64,000 nucleotides of DNA from Epiperipatus broadwayi. Lineage: Eukaryota; Animalia; Onychophora. Below, piece by piece: positions 25,714-38,914 of the stretch. A model generated the notes under the pieces. It searched no databases and had not been told where the DNA came from. It was given only the letters and a program-made list of their open reading frames with translations. Within the stretch, counting starts at the first letter, position 1, and each line of letters starts with the position of its first letter. The stretch spans positions 930,001-994,000 of the forward strand of contig JAQFVV010000008.1 of NCBI GenBank assembly GCA_028023455.1, read 5' to 3'. Both the position numbers and the translations under genes were made by a program.

Positions 25714-26948
25714 ATATATATATATTATAACTTTTGCTTTGGCAGAAACTAAAAGATGAAGTCAAATTTTTGTGCCAAGACACCTAAAAAAGATTATATA
25801 GTTTAATTTTGTTGTGAATAAATTGTTGCTAATACACTGTAAGGCCATAATTTTATATACAAGGGTTGCTATATCAGTACTTTATCTGTTATATAACTGT
25901 AAAATAATTTTATACAGCTTTAATAGTGAATTTTAACTTAAATAGCTGGTAAGGCCAATGATAAACAGTGCAATTTTAAGTTAATAATGCTAATTTAGTT
26001 TTAATTTAAGTTTTAAAATATTTCAAAATGCCTGTAGTAACTTTTAAAGTTAAGAAACCAGATTCAAGCACTATTTTTGATTTGCTGGTACCTAAAACTA
26101 AAGCTGTAATATTTTAATTCATTTTAATGTTAGCATATAATATTCTAATTAAATATTTTAGGCCAATTTAATTAGAAAAGAATTTAATAAAGTTAGTTTA
26201 AGTAATGAATAAATAAATATTGTATGAATGAATAAATATTATATTCATTTAATATTATTTTTAAAATATTCTTAAAAACAATTTAAGACTTATTATGAGA
26301 ATTATCTAAATTTAAAACAGTAAAAAAATAAAGGTAGTAAATTGAATTAATATTTGTTTTATTAAAGATGTAATATAAATTTTAATAATGTAATATTTTA
26401 CTTATATGCTGGTATAGTTCTTAATTGGTTATTTTTATTTGCAACCAGGAAGTGTTTCAATTAATTTCAAGTGTCTAAAAAAATTGATTTATTGTAAAAT
26501 TGAATATTAATTTGATCATTTTTGATTAACAACTTTCCTTAGTGATAAATAAGTCAAGGATTCAAATTAATCAGGGAAGAAGTTGTAGATTAAAGGGTTA
26601 ATAAAGTCTGGTAATATGGTCATATGACCAATAGTATAAATAAGGTGAGACCGACATCTGATACCATTCTTCACTCTTTTATTTTCTCATTCTCTTTTCA
26701 TCACACATTTGTCTCACTTTGTTTAATTTTAACACTGGCATTTTAAATTTTAAGTGTAATTTTCTTTAAATTTATTTATTTTCTAAAGCTCAGTATGATA
26801 GTGTAATTTATCTTGACACAATTAGCTAGACTGAAACACCAAAGGAACTGAAGTCTCTATATCTGCCAGCTTAATGGTAATATATTTCATTGTTACAATG
26901 TTTAATATATTTTTAAAGTTTACTGCACTAGTTAGGGTTTTTAGGACC

Positions 26949-27019
26949 AAGCCTTCCTGTATCTAATATTACTCTGGCTTGCACTGAGTGGTGCTATTGT
27001 ATGGAGAGTTTTGCCTCTG
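26949..27019 (+). repeat. 3'-end fragment of hammerhead repeat family B
   Basis: CCTTCCTG.ATC.A..ATTACTCTGGCTTGCACT...GAGA.TTTTGCCTCTG matches 40829-40896. Confidence 0.75.
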
Positions 27020-28240
27020 TGTTAAACAGTTTGTGTAGACATAAAGAATGGTGATCATATGATATTTAATGATTTAATATATATTTAAGACATAAATACT
27101 AGAGTTTTACTTTCATAGAGATGTGTGTATCTCCTTAGGATATTGTATTTAGTATTATTATCAGTAGATCAGAGCTTACTAGATTGCAACTTATATAGTG
27201 TTTGAATTTAAAATGAATTTAATAAATTCTTTTAGCAGAACTTAGATTAATATTTTTTCTAGGTTCTCTTCATATTTAAAATATTCTATGTTTGAACTAC
27301 TCAGAATGGGCATTTCATATTTGGATTTATTATGCTCTTAATTGTGATGGCAAAGCAAAACTTTGAAATCCACTGCATAATTTGATAGGAATGTTTTGCT
27401 TGTATGATTAGTTAATCATAATATCCAGAATATTTAAAAATACAATCTCATTTAAAAGTTATGTAACTTTATTTTTTTTCACACTATTATCACTATATCC
27501 AAAAACACATACATTCTGTTCACATACACATGCATGCACATATACAATCATAAAATATTGGGAAAATCATAAATTTGAAAGATATGAAGGTTACACATTA
27601 TGATATATTTCCATATAACAAATATTGTCAATATAATATTTGTCACTATTAATTCTATCAATGTATCAATGTTTTGTTAATCACACTTATGGTAACAAGT
27701 GTTTTAATTTAATTATATTTCTGAAAAGCTAAAATTCTATTTTACAATTATTTTTTTGATGCAATTTTTATTTGATTCACAATCAATATGCATTTTTTAC
27801 TTTTTAAAATAATTAATTCTAAATCATATATTTCTTTCAATTTGTTAAGTTTAATTATATCTTATTTTGTACTTGCTGAATTTATCTATATGATATTATT
27901 CCCTAGATATTATAGTATTTAATTATTTATATGATAGCATAATAATTGGATGGTTCAAATTTGGTTTGGACTCCTCTTACTAATATATTTTAATGAATGC
28001 TATCCACTCTGCATTATATTGTTAAGCAGTCAGTATATTGTTAAACTACTCAAAGATTTTCCCTTCAAGTTAATAATTATTTTAAATGTTTAAAATTTAT
28101 TCTAATAATTATCAAAGATTTGTTAATTATCTTTGTAAAATACACTTAATATTATGCAACAAATTTATAATTATGTGTTGGACTACTTATATCATCTAGA
28201 AATAATTGTTAAATGTCTATAAAAAAAATTCAAACTTTAC

Positions 28241-28292
28241 TATACAACAATATTTTGAGAGGTATTATTCTCCTCTTTTCTTCAGGTGTTAC
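28241..28292 (-). ncRNA. CpG-decayed PLE-type minimal hammerhead
   Basis: CAC-CTGAAGA-AAAGAGG(AGAATAATA)CCTCTC-AAAA-TATTGTTG. The inferred ancestor is ...CTC-GAAA-CG-TT/GTG; CGAAA is intact in the 40911-40945 copy. Confidence 0.6.
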
Positions 28293-28314
28293 TGGGGTCT
28301 GATTATTGATAGTA

Positions 28315-28399
28315 CTAGTATGTGAATCAAATTTAGGACCTTTAGATTTTGTGGATATTGAATTTTAAGTAATGCTCTAACCAATTAGGCTATTTGGAC
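28315..28399 (-). pseudogene. tRNA-derived segment (most like tRNA-Phe) with about 15 extra nt after the anticodon position
   Basis: AAATAGCCTAATTGGTTAGAGC (A box-like) and ATCTAAAGGTCC...TTTGATTC (B box-like); compare tRNA-Phe AAATAGCTCAGTTGGGAGAGC and ATCTAAAGGTCCCTGGTTCGATCC. Confidence 0.65.
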
Positions 28400-29226
28400 A
28401 AAGACAACAGTCAATAGAATTTTGATATATTTATCTATGACAGTTCTCCAAATTTCTCTATTTTTTTCTTAAGGTCAATCTTAATGAATGGTTTTCAAAC
28501 ATTATGGAGTTATCTGCCAATATAATAAGAGCAATTTTTCTTTTCTTTTATTTTTTTGTTCAATATTCTTGTCTTTTCCCAATCAAACAAATCATGCATG
28601 ATTTACTATTTTAAATGTGTGTTCTTTTCTCTTTAATCATTACTTTAAAGTGTTTTAATCATTTTTCAGGGAATCAACTGATTTCACACATATATGTCCT
28701 TCCACATCCTTGTTATTTCATAGGTGCAGTTTGTTATTCAGCATTTCCAATTTGGGTTTTGTATAAGTTAGAATTATTTGTAGTATTTTTGAAATACAAG
28801 CATAATTCATATACTTGGGAGTTTAAATCCCCTATAATTCTTTGCAGTGTAATATAGTTTTGGAAAGCAATCCTAATATTATACTGATTGCATACTTTCT
28901 TTAGTTTATCTATTATCGCTGGGATATATGGAAGCACAGCAATGTCTATAATTGTTTTTTTTGTAAGAAGTTTCTTTCTGTCTATTTAACATTTTCTTAC
29001 TGATAGCTAGTGAAGATTTTTTTTTTTTTGCAAATCATTAGATCTGAAAAACTTCTATGGCTCTGCTCCAGTTACAGAATGTTGGCATTTTGAGCAAATG
29101 ATTTTTAGAGATGTTGTCCTTGGCATTTTGGCTATCAATATAAATTCTGTCCACAACGCATTTAAATATATGTATGTATAATCACACAAATTACACGCAC
29201 AAATATACATTTTAAACACATATTAC

Positions 29227-29341
29227 CTTCAATGATAAAAAAGATTTTCCACATATAGGACAATTTAAAATATTTTCTTGAACATTCTCCTGCCCAGAAC
29301 TAGTTTCCTGGGCAGAGCTGCTTTCTTGAAAATCTAAACAT
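29227..29341 (-). CDS. SLX4: SLX4 exon, end of UBZ4-1 and start of UBZ4-2 (CLDFQESSSAQETSSGQENVQENILNCPICGKSFLSLK)
   Basis: Acceptor TTTTTGTTAG| and donor AAG|GTAATA; 115 nt, phase-compatible on both sides. CPICGKxFLxLK matches human SLX4 CPICGKPFLTLK. Confidence 0.92.
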
Positions 29342-29590
29342 CTAACAAAAATTCATAAATTAATTAAAATCACTTTAGTTATTATACAATAATAAATCAA
29401 AATTGATTTAAAAAAAACACAATATTATAAATAGATTTAGCAATCTCTCACAAAACATATATACAAGTTGGATGAGCACATAAATCATTAGATGGAAATT
29501 TCCAGTTATAATAGTCATTATCCTTGTTATATTATCAGTAGAGAAAGTGTGTGTGTGTGCACGATTTTACCTATAGGCATATACATATGA

Positions 29591-29940
29591 AAAACAGGCA
29601 AAACTCTCTATATGTATTGTACTCAGTGCAAGCTTGAGTAATCAATGGATGCCAGAAGGCTTGTGCATAAAATCCCCATCTAGTGCCTACTCATCCAATA
29701 TCCCCACACTAGTTTCTGGCTTGAGGCATTCATCAGTGAGGAGCCTTGGATGCACCTAGATCTTAGGATGTAATGCAATCCTCGAGCAGCCACCTTTTAT
29801 CTCTACTTAACTACAAAACTATGAGACTTAAATTGAAAACAATATAATATTTTCAATCCAAGATCATTAGCTTATATAGTCATATAGGTCTGAACTTGCT
29901 TGCACACAGTGGCAATATATAGAGAGAGTTTTCCTGTTTT
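29591..29940 (-). mobile_element. Hammerhead-containing repeat (family B) with about 45-bp inverted ends
   Basis: CAGGCAAAACTCTCTATA...TATAGAGAGAGTTTTCCTG. Internal motif CATCCAA..CCTCA-CTGATGA-ATGCC(TCAA)GCCA-GAAA-CTAGTG/TGGGG-ATA-TTGGATG at 29692-29752. Confidence 0.8.
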
Positions 29941-30068
29941 AATAACGGTTATGAGCAAGCATAAGAAATAATGATCATGTGACATATATATAACTTTTTT
30001 TTTTAAAAAAAAATATTTTAAAAAAATATATACATAATTTTTTTATATTAAAAAAAGACTAATAATAT

Positions 30069-32300
30069 TGTACCAGTCGAAAACCCACCACCTGAACGCA
30101 AGTCGGATCCAAACTCAGCTGAATCAAACTGAATTCAAACCCAACTCACCAGCTCAGATTAGTAGAAATCTAAGTTGACGGCACAGTGCTATGCACCAAG
30201 ATACTAGCTCAATGGTTGGTGAGGATCAGAGACCCCTGAACTGACATTAATATCGGATAATAAACTCACTAAAATAATTTTAAATTGAATCATATGTATA
30301 TGTTCGGGTTTCCAACACAGACAGCGAGTATTAACATTAAAATAATTATAAAAGAATTAAAAACTAAGAAACCAAGTGTGTTTAGAAAATATTTAATAAT
30401 AATAATTTGTTTTGTTTGAATTTTAAATAATGATTATATTAATCATCTCTAGCCTTTAACATAGTTTATAATTATGATAAGAGTGGTGGTCCTTATTATA
30501 TGCCAATGAATATTACGCAATATTTGAAAGTCTATGTCTATGCCCTCAACAAAAAATAAAAAGCAGATAAAGGTATTCATTAGTAAAGGAAATTATTACT
30601 CTAATTTTAATACGAAAGAATGTGATATTTATTTTCACATTCGCAAATCCATTCATAAAGAGCAAGATACGTATTTTAGGGCATAACTTTAATCTTTATT
30701 GGAAAACTTATTTACTTCGAAATAACTGAGAATTTGTTTGACTTTAATTGAAATCACTTCATCACGAATTATGAGCATCAGAGCGGGCTTTACCAGAAGA
30801 GAGGCAACAGTACTGACGAATTATGAGCTATAAAATGAAATTGAAAGACGATAGCTGGTCGATAATCTAAGTCCTATGGTGGCTTGCATATGACAAGTCT
30901 TATGCCCTTTGACTAATATGAACAGGAGAGGCAGTGCTTTCTTCCTCGATAATTTAAAATAACAGAAATATTATCACCGACCAGCCTGACGGAGCGGAAG
31001 ATTGCCCTATGTCAGCAACGTTCGAAGATGATGATTTGATAGTCATCGTTTGAAAAATAAAACCCAATTATAGAATGCTCTACGTGATGACTTGATCAAT
31101 TTAATCAAAGTCAAACAAGCTTTTAACTAAAATTATTTAAAGTATTTGTAAATCATATTAATTATGCCCCAATCATCATGCCCTTCCTGAATCTTAATAG
31201 AAAATAAAAAAGTCTTTATCGATCCTTTTGCAAAAAAAAACATATTAAAATTATATATAAATAAATATTAGTGAAACGAGAAAATAGCGGTGGCATAGCT
31301 TAGAAACGGTGCTAATAATTTATTATTAGCTAATGATAAAAATAACAATCATTTAATAATTTCTTTCGACTCGATGATTGATAGAACTGTATAAATCTAG
31401 TTCTAATGGGTGAAAATTAACTATCAGAATTAAGATTATATTTTATAGAAGGCAAATGGAACAAAGGAACTCATCGAGTCGAAGAATTATTGGCATATAA
31501 TTAAAAATAAACAACATTAATAAATTACACAAAATATATATATATAATATAGTAAATGAACTGCCATCGTGAAAAAGGGAAGTTAAATTTAAAGACTAGA
31601 AGTTGAGAGAATTAAGATATATTAGCATAAATAAAAGTAAGTTTACACAGAGATTATTACACAGAGATTATTACATTTATAGAATGAAAAGAGCTCTTAA
31701 AGGGAGTGTAAAGTAAAGTTCGGAACTGGCCAGAAAGTTTAAGGTTCATTATGGAAATATATTACCCATTTCTTCCAGGCTGGATCCTAGTTTACACGTC
31801 TGGGTTGGTAAAAACATAGACATGCATTTAGTCGATTACTTGAACAGCATTTTAGTGGCTTTTCATAATTTTAGCAGCATGATTGGTCCGGAAAAGATTC
31901 AGCAGCTCCATTGAAGATTTTCAGGGAATTTCAGGAGCCGATAGCCAGATTCCTGACATTTAGCCCCTTACCATGATCGAAACACTATTTAAGACGCACC
32001 GAGTTTACTGTACTTCTCTACAACAAAGATGGCTTTTTTTTTTTCCAAACTTTTCAGAGCTATATATACTGTCCTTTGATGCCTTCAGGCTAGCGCTCCT
32101 TTCATTATCAATGTTTTTAGATTTACTGATTGTTTTTAGATACATTCCTTCGATAAGGCTTTCAAACTCATTAACTTGAATTCATTTTCTAATTAGAAAA
32201 TGAATTCTTAAAATCAAAAAATGATTTTAATTAGGAAATCCTTATCTTTTTTCTAATTAATAAAACTTTAACTGTTGTTTTTTGGAAAGGGAAAATCTGA
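30069..32300 (-). mobile_element. Long-LTR-like element (left end TGTACCAG; right end uncertain)
   Basis: CpG-rich terminal block resembling 8353 and 50286; ATAGCGGTGGC at 31284; donor-like sites at about 31765 and 31970; no long ORF. Confidence 0.45.
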
Positions 32301-35300
32301 AAGCATATCGAAAGAATGTAGCTTTTAATCAATAAAACTTTAACAAATTATTTAAAATAAAATCAAACATTCCCGATGCAATGAAACTTTTACACAATTA
32401 TATATATTTAAATATTTACAAATATATACACACAATCCACGCATTTATAATATATAAATTCATGAATAATTCTATCATGAATTTATTAATAGAATTGATC
32501 AATTTAAATCTGAAACTAATTAATTTTAATACGCATTTATGAAATAAGTTATTCTTTATGGAAATTAGCGTGGATTGAACGTATAAAGTCCCACTGCATC
32601 GGAAATTTAAGGTTAGTACTAGGGTTTGAAGTGGGCTTATGGCTAGATGTCATGAAGCTAGGATCGAACTCAGATCCAACTGCTTCAATATGAATATATT
32701 TAGCATATAATATAAAATTGCCATATCATTTAATTATTATTACAGAATTAGACAAATTACTAAGAAAATTTATGAATAAAAAATATACTTAAAATATAAT
32801 GACTATAGAATTTTATATAAAATAAAAATAAATTTCATTCAGTGATTAGAGAATAGTAATTAAAAACTTATGATTTTTTTAACATTTCTTGTACTTCTTA
32901 TTCTTATATCCATTAATTTTTTGCTTCTAGTGCATTTTTTATATGGTTGATTTTAGAGTTAATTATAAATCAAATCTTCATTTCCAGAAATTTATTAAAC
33001 ATGATCTTAATGCAGATTACTGAAGAAAAGGAAATGTATTAAATTGAAATATTTATTAATTAATTATATATCAATTAGTGGGAAATCATATCTAATGTTT
33101 AAATAATAAAAAAACACCAGTAATGGACTTTTCATGGACCACAAATGCCAAATCTAGCTCCATATCTATATTGCAGATGATGATTTTGTTTTCTGTTATT
33201 TTACTGCTGTAGTCTTTGGTAAGATTTTTCATTTCTTGTTTTACATTATTTTGATCTTTTGTGTTATGGCTTTCCCTTGGTTTAATCATTAATGACTTTT
33301 GTTATTGCCCCCTTTTTAAAAAAAAATAAAAGTTGCTTGCTTTATCTGTCCAATTTTATAACAAAATAAGCAGGATTCCTTTATAGTAATGGATGCCATT
33401 ACAATGGAAATATTTTCCACCAAAGAATTCTATGGAGGTCTTCTCTTGATTTTTACTTTTAATGTTTAAGTTGTCTTCTACTAATAGCAGGGTCTTATAA
33501 GTATTATTTCAATCATATTTACATGATTAATTGCAGGTTTAAATGTTGTGTCACGTAAATCTATTATGTAAAGGTTCATTCAGAAACACACAAACTAGCA
33601 TGTGTTCACCAGTTTTTGCAATTCAGCTGCGAATTTCATTATATTTTCATAATCATTTTAACTTTTGATTGAATCTGCATATTTGAAGAATGGCTAGCAG
33701 TTTGGAGCAAAAATATACCAATAATGGAGCTATTGCTTTATCTAACAATATGTCCATCAGGTGCTTTCAGCTGAAACACTTAGATCTATTTCACCTATTA
33801 TCTTCGATAATAGTATATTTCGTTGCACTCAGATGGCGTGTATTTCTTTAACTTTAAAACTTTGAGTGTGCTTATAATATTACGAGTATGTGCATATATA
33901 ATCGTCCTATTAATTAGAAATATGAAAATAGTCTTAAATATTTATATACGCGCATATTCATTTACGTTTGTTAAAACTGAAGTAAACATAACTGTGTAGT
34001 TTAAAATTATATATAACAGAATAATAAGTTTAAATTCATAAAATTACTTATTTTTCAATATTCATTCTAAATAACTATTTATTTAAGTTTCAAGATTCAT
34101 TTTAAATAATTTTCAAGTTAGATAATTTTCAATTCTTTGTTTGTTTAAAATTACACAGGCAGTAAGTTGTTTATTAGTTTTAACACTTTGTTCCAAAAAT
34201 AAATCTTTAGCTAAAAACTTGACCCATTTAAAAATATAACTTCAGATCAATTATAAAATTCAGCCAGGCATAAATTGCTTTGCAAACTATAACTATGATG
34301 CAAATGGAATACTCTTGGGAATATATTTTTTATCCCTGGATATAGCTGTGACATCAGTTGGAAGAATAGAGCCTTTCTAAGCCCACATTTAGCTATATTA
34401 AATATTTTACTAACTGGATATTTGGTTAAAGGCTAGTTCGAACCAGTCATCAGGTGATGTGGCATGACTAAAAGTAGGACGGAACTATGTCAAAAATATT
34501 AGTATAAAAAAGGGCCTAATTAGCCATCAAGGTCCTCTTCCATCCATCCATCATTATCATCTTAATTTTTGCTGTTGCTGTGAAAATTGTGTTATTGCTG
34601 CTGAAATTATTTCTGAATAACACAGCTGAAAGGTTAAATAAGAAAACTGTTCCTGCCATTTTGCAAAGCTGAATCTTAGAAAGCCACCATCCAAGCTGCT
34701 CCAAAAATGACCGTTGGCTAAAGACAAAGAGACAGCCATTTGCTCTTCCACGAGCGACTACTGATGAGAGAAAACCTCAACCATGCCCAGCACAGTAAAA
34801 AAGATGTACCTGAGAGACCAGAGAGTTCCTGACCAGAGTAAGGGGAAAAGCTGCCACAGAAATAAATTTACAAAGCTGCATCCAGATTAAAACCCAGGGA
34901 AGCCCAGCCTGATTTAATAGAGAGAAGCACATTAAAGAATGTCTTAGAGACTTTACCGGTAAATCATTCTGCCAAATATTTAATTTCATAACTAAACTTA
35001 TTCTAAAAGGAAGTTAGTTAACTAATAAATCCCATAATTAATTATATCCTCTAAATGTTCAACTAAAATGTTTATCTTAAATTTATTTAAATCTTAGAGC
35101 ACTCTCAAAATTCTTGCTTGATCATTAATATTTTAAATAATTATAAACATCTAGTTTCTATAAAACCATACAACAAATTTTTATTTCTAAATTATCATTT
35201 TATTGATCGTTTCATGCAATTTATTCTTATGCCATCTATCTTTTTTAGTTTTAAGTTCATGTTTATTAATTTATGCTGTATTTCATCAGAATGGAGTCTT

Positions 35301-35454
35301 GTATGTTAATAAATTATCGGGGAGAGGGGAGTGAGTAATCACTTTTCGGTTACATTAGATTATTGTAATATAAAGAATATAGTCAAAACTCCTTTCTGAA
35401 ATAAACTATTATTTACGCTAGAGTGAATCAGTTTACTTAAAATGCCTTAACAAG

Positions 35455-35880
35455 TTCTTTATAACACATCTTTGCTCAGTTATTTAAAATGAAAATATTT
35501 TCCTAAAGTTATTTAAAAGGTATATTTTACGTATGTTATTTAAAATGCAGTTTTGCGTATGTATTTAAACGCATCTTTGCTCAGTTATTTAAAATGAAAT
35601 ATTTTGCTAAAGTTATTTAAAATGTATATTTTGCGTGTATTTAAAAATGCAGATTTGCGTACGTTATTTAAGATGTATATTTGTGTAAGTTATTTAAAAT
35701 ATGTATTTTGCCAGTTATTTAAAAAGTATATTTTACGTAAGCTATTTAAAAGGTATATTTTGCATATGTTATTTAAAACACATTTTGTTATTAGTAAGGC
35801 TTATTCTGATGAATTATTTAAGATTAATATTTGAGAAGTTTATTTAAAAATCAATATTTTGCGTGAGCTATTTAATAATC
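35455..35880 (+). repeat. About 26-bp minisatellite (GTTATTTAAAATGTATATTTTGCGTAA-like), roughly 15 units
   Basis: Repeated TATTTAAAA core; a 105-bp higher-order repeat starts at 35467 and 35572. Confidence 0.9.
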
Positions 35881-36792
35881 CATATTTTAGAATCAGTTCG
35901 TTTGATCTTAGATAGAAATTATAATATATATAATGTTCAAGTTCTAGTAAATCTAAACTTTTGCTATAACTCCATTTAATTAAAGATTAAGATGCTATGC
36001 AGAAAATCTTAAATCAGATTCTCATTAATTGCCTTTATCATGTCACTTAATAATCTCTTTTATGAACTGACCAATGGTTGTAGTACTGAAAGAAGCTAAG
36101 ATTTAGCGTATTTAATTTATAAAATATTAATTTAGCATTGTGAATGTATTGCTAGTTTGTATAAATATGCATATCTTCTTGCTATACCTATAATGGCCTA
36201 CATCAGGATCATTTACACGTCAAGTCACGCCTCAAAAGTTTAGGCAACTGTGACATTTATTCGTACTTAACGGAACCAAAGCGTTCCAAAGGGTTCATAA
36301 GCCAATCTTCTGTTCCCTTAATAAAAAGGCCTCTTCCATTATAGCAAGCAGATCAGTTAGGGAACTGTTTACTAGGTAATAAACCTCAATTAAGAATACA
36401 TTTGAGGTGCATTTCTTCTGATATTATAGTTTATAACGCACTAGAATCTGACATTCGATTGCCACACTTCAGTTCAGCTTCCCTAGAAAGTAACTTCAGC
36501 TTTGATCCGATTCGGAATCTGAGTTAATGCATTTATCTGTATGGCGATTATATATATCACGCAAATATGGTTAAGTTTGGACTTAATAATGGTGATATAA
36601 TCTGTAGCGACTATATAACACCCAAATATCTTTATGGTTAGATTTAAACTTAGTAATAATAATATAATCTTTATCAGTTAAAAATAAAATGATCACTCTA
36701 ACTGTTACTTATTATCACTATATAAAACATAGCGTAAGTTAGGACATGGATGGCATAAGCTTATTAAAAAGTCATAGACTAATTAAATCATT

Positions 36793-37070
36793 TGTAACCC
36801 TGAGCATCCACTCACCTGTGTGCGAGTTCTATATAAATTGCTGTATGATACTATTTTTATGACCCTGATCCACTCACCTGCATGTGAGCACTATAAATTA
36901 CTTTGTGATATTATTTTATAACTCTGAGAAACTCACCTAAGTGTGAGCACTAGAAATGTTTTGCGAAATAATCCTGAACCAGTCACCTGCATGTGAGCAC
37001 ACTATAAACTATAAATCACTGTAATGTATTCTTCATAACCCTGAATATCCACTCACCTGCGTGTGAGCCA
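36793..37070 (+). repeat. Five 50-70 bp repeats with palindromic core CTCAC-N6-GTGAG
   Basis: Cores at about 36809, 36871, 36930, 36980 and 37050. Confidence 0.9.
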
Positions 37071-38914
37071 GCTATACACAATTTGCTTTATTGTCTATTT
37101 GTTATATATTAAATTTATGAAATATAAATTTGTCTCAGTCTCATTACTTGCTCATTACCTTATGAATCACTAGTTAAGTTATATAATCTGTAATGGAGGG
37201 GGGGGGATGTCTCATGTTTCACTGCTTTGCTATTGCTGGAACGTGAATAAAAAGATAGCGAGTGTAACCTCAGGCATGTCATTCATGATGGGTTGACTTG
37301 GAAGCACGAGTGGGAGAGTTGAGGTATGATCAGAGGTAGAATATTACTATCTTGACTTGGTCAGCCTTTGGTTCTCTGACTCGGACTCTCAGTCTGTTGA
37401 GGACTCTCTGTCTGTTGAGGAAATGTACAAACCTGACCGTTACACAGCTACCTATAAAATTTCACAAGTGGCTGATCTATATATACTAAAAATGTAGCCA
37501 ATTTTAGTTGTGGCCTGATTTTACTATTAGCATTAGGAAAAAGATTAACATGTTCTCTGATATGTTTCTTTCAAATTCTCTAATAAGCCTACCTTAGCCC
37601 TTTTTTATTTCAATCTTATTTATAATATTAAATGTGTAATGAAGAGCAAATCTTTCTTTGAAACAAAATTTCATCTCGCTTCTAGTTGCAGTTGTGTTCA
37701 ACTCAGTGAGGAAGTGAATGAAATAACAATTTATTTATTTATTCACAGAAATAGATGTACAACAGGTTAAATTGTCTTTATGGCTATTATATATTTTTGA
37801 CTAACTGATTTAGTTGAGTTTATGTAGCAGTCAGATGTGCTCAGACCTTCTACGGTCAATAAATACATTAGACTCTACATAGATGTCACTGATTAAATAT
37901 ATATGAGCTATTAAGGCAAGTTACATATTATATTAGTTAAATATATATAGTAGTTTAGAAAATAGGAGAGTTACTATGTAAGAATTAGACCTTTTTATAA
38001 GTCTAGAGAGAATGTGTTACCTGCCAAGCATTGAAAATATGATGAAAGAAATAGACTTCAGGTTTAATTTATAGGCAAGCAAGAGAAATGATGCAAGCAC
38101 AAGCCAGAATGGAAGCCTTACAGCCGCCAATGACATTGATGTGCATCTTTTTCACATTGTTTAGATGATAGCTAAGTCTATTAACCAGTATATCACAGTA
38201 AAGGACTTAATTTTTAACTTAAAAATAATATTTTAAAAATTTTATAGACTTGATAAATAACACAGTTTATATCTAAGTAGAAGCAGCCTTGGAAGAGTTA
38301 AATGGTAAAATCTGTTATATAAAAATCATTATCGTTTTTATTATTTTATTTTCTAAAAAAAATTGTTCTTCATTGCAGCTAAGTTCCTGTTATGATTAAA
38401 ACCATTACCAGCTATTTGTGTGAAACTTCTATAAGTTAATATAATTTAATGAAATTTTTTTTTTTTTAAATTGGTCCATTAATTACAATATATTAATTAT
38501 TCTCTCACTCTCATATTCAATATCCTTTTTTTAATATTGTTTATTTAATAATCTAATATATATTGAAACTATATATATGCACACATATATATATTTCATG
38601 TTCCAGAGTTAAAAATTATGATCAAAATTTAAGTTTAAAAGTTTTTATAAATTTTTATAACTAAAAATTAAATATCTATTATAAATGCACAGATAAATGT
38701 ATACTGTATGATTAAATATAAAGTTATTTTATGTTAAATGCAAAATATTTTCTAAAAAGAAAAAGATAATACATTCTAAAAGTAGTTTTAAAAAAAAACG
38801 ATGTTAAAGGTGGAAATAACATTCTAGAAAAAGTAATTAAAATGCTTGTAAACAGACTACTTACTAGATTAAGTTTAAGGAGATAAATAATTAAAATAAT
38901 TTAATTAAAAAGGC

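Larger units (their letters stand above)
28241..29170 (-). mobile_element. Penelope-like element 3' portion: ORF C-terminus, tRNA-like segment, decayed hammerhead
   Basis: LPYIPAIIDKLKKVCNQYNIRIAF followed by a decayed GIY-YIG region, then the non-coding tail described in the findings. Confidence 0.7.
33549..37444 (+). mobile_element. 3.9-kb TGTCACG...CGTTACA long-LTR-like element
   Basis: Imperfect terminal inverted heptamer; TATAAAA near 34503; donor-like G|GTAAAT near 34958; internal minisatellites. No TSD match. Confidence 0.45.

Noticed and set aside
34430-34460. CTGATGA followed by a palindrome (minus strand)
   Set aside because: No GAAA after a proper stem II and no stem I/III pairing.
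36793-37070. CRISPR array
   Set aside because: Spacers are related to one another, repeats are degenerate, there are no cas genes, and the context is eukaryotic.
38074-38170. Plus-strand exon-like QAREMMQAQARMEALQPP
   Set aside because: Isolated, ends in a stop, and has no partner exons or recognisable family.
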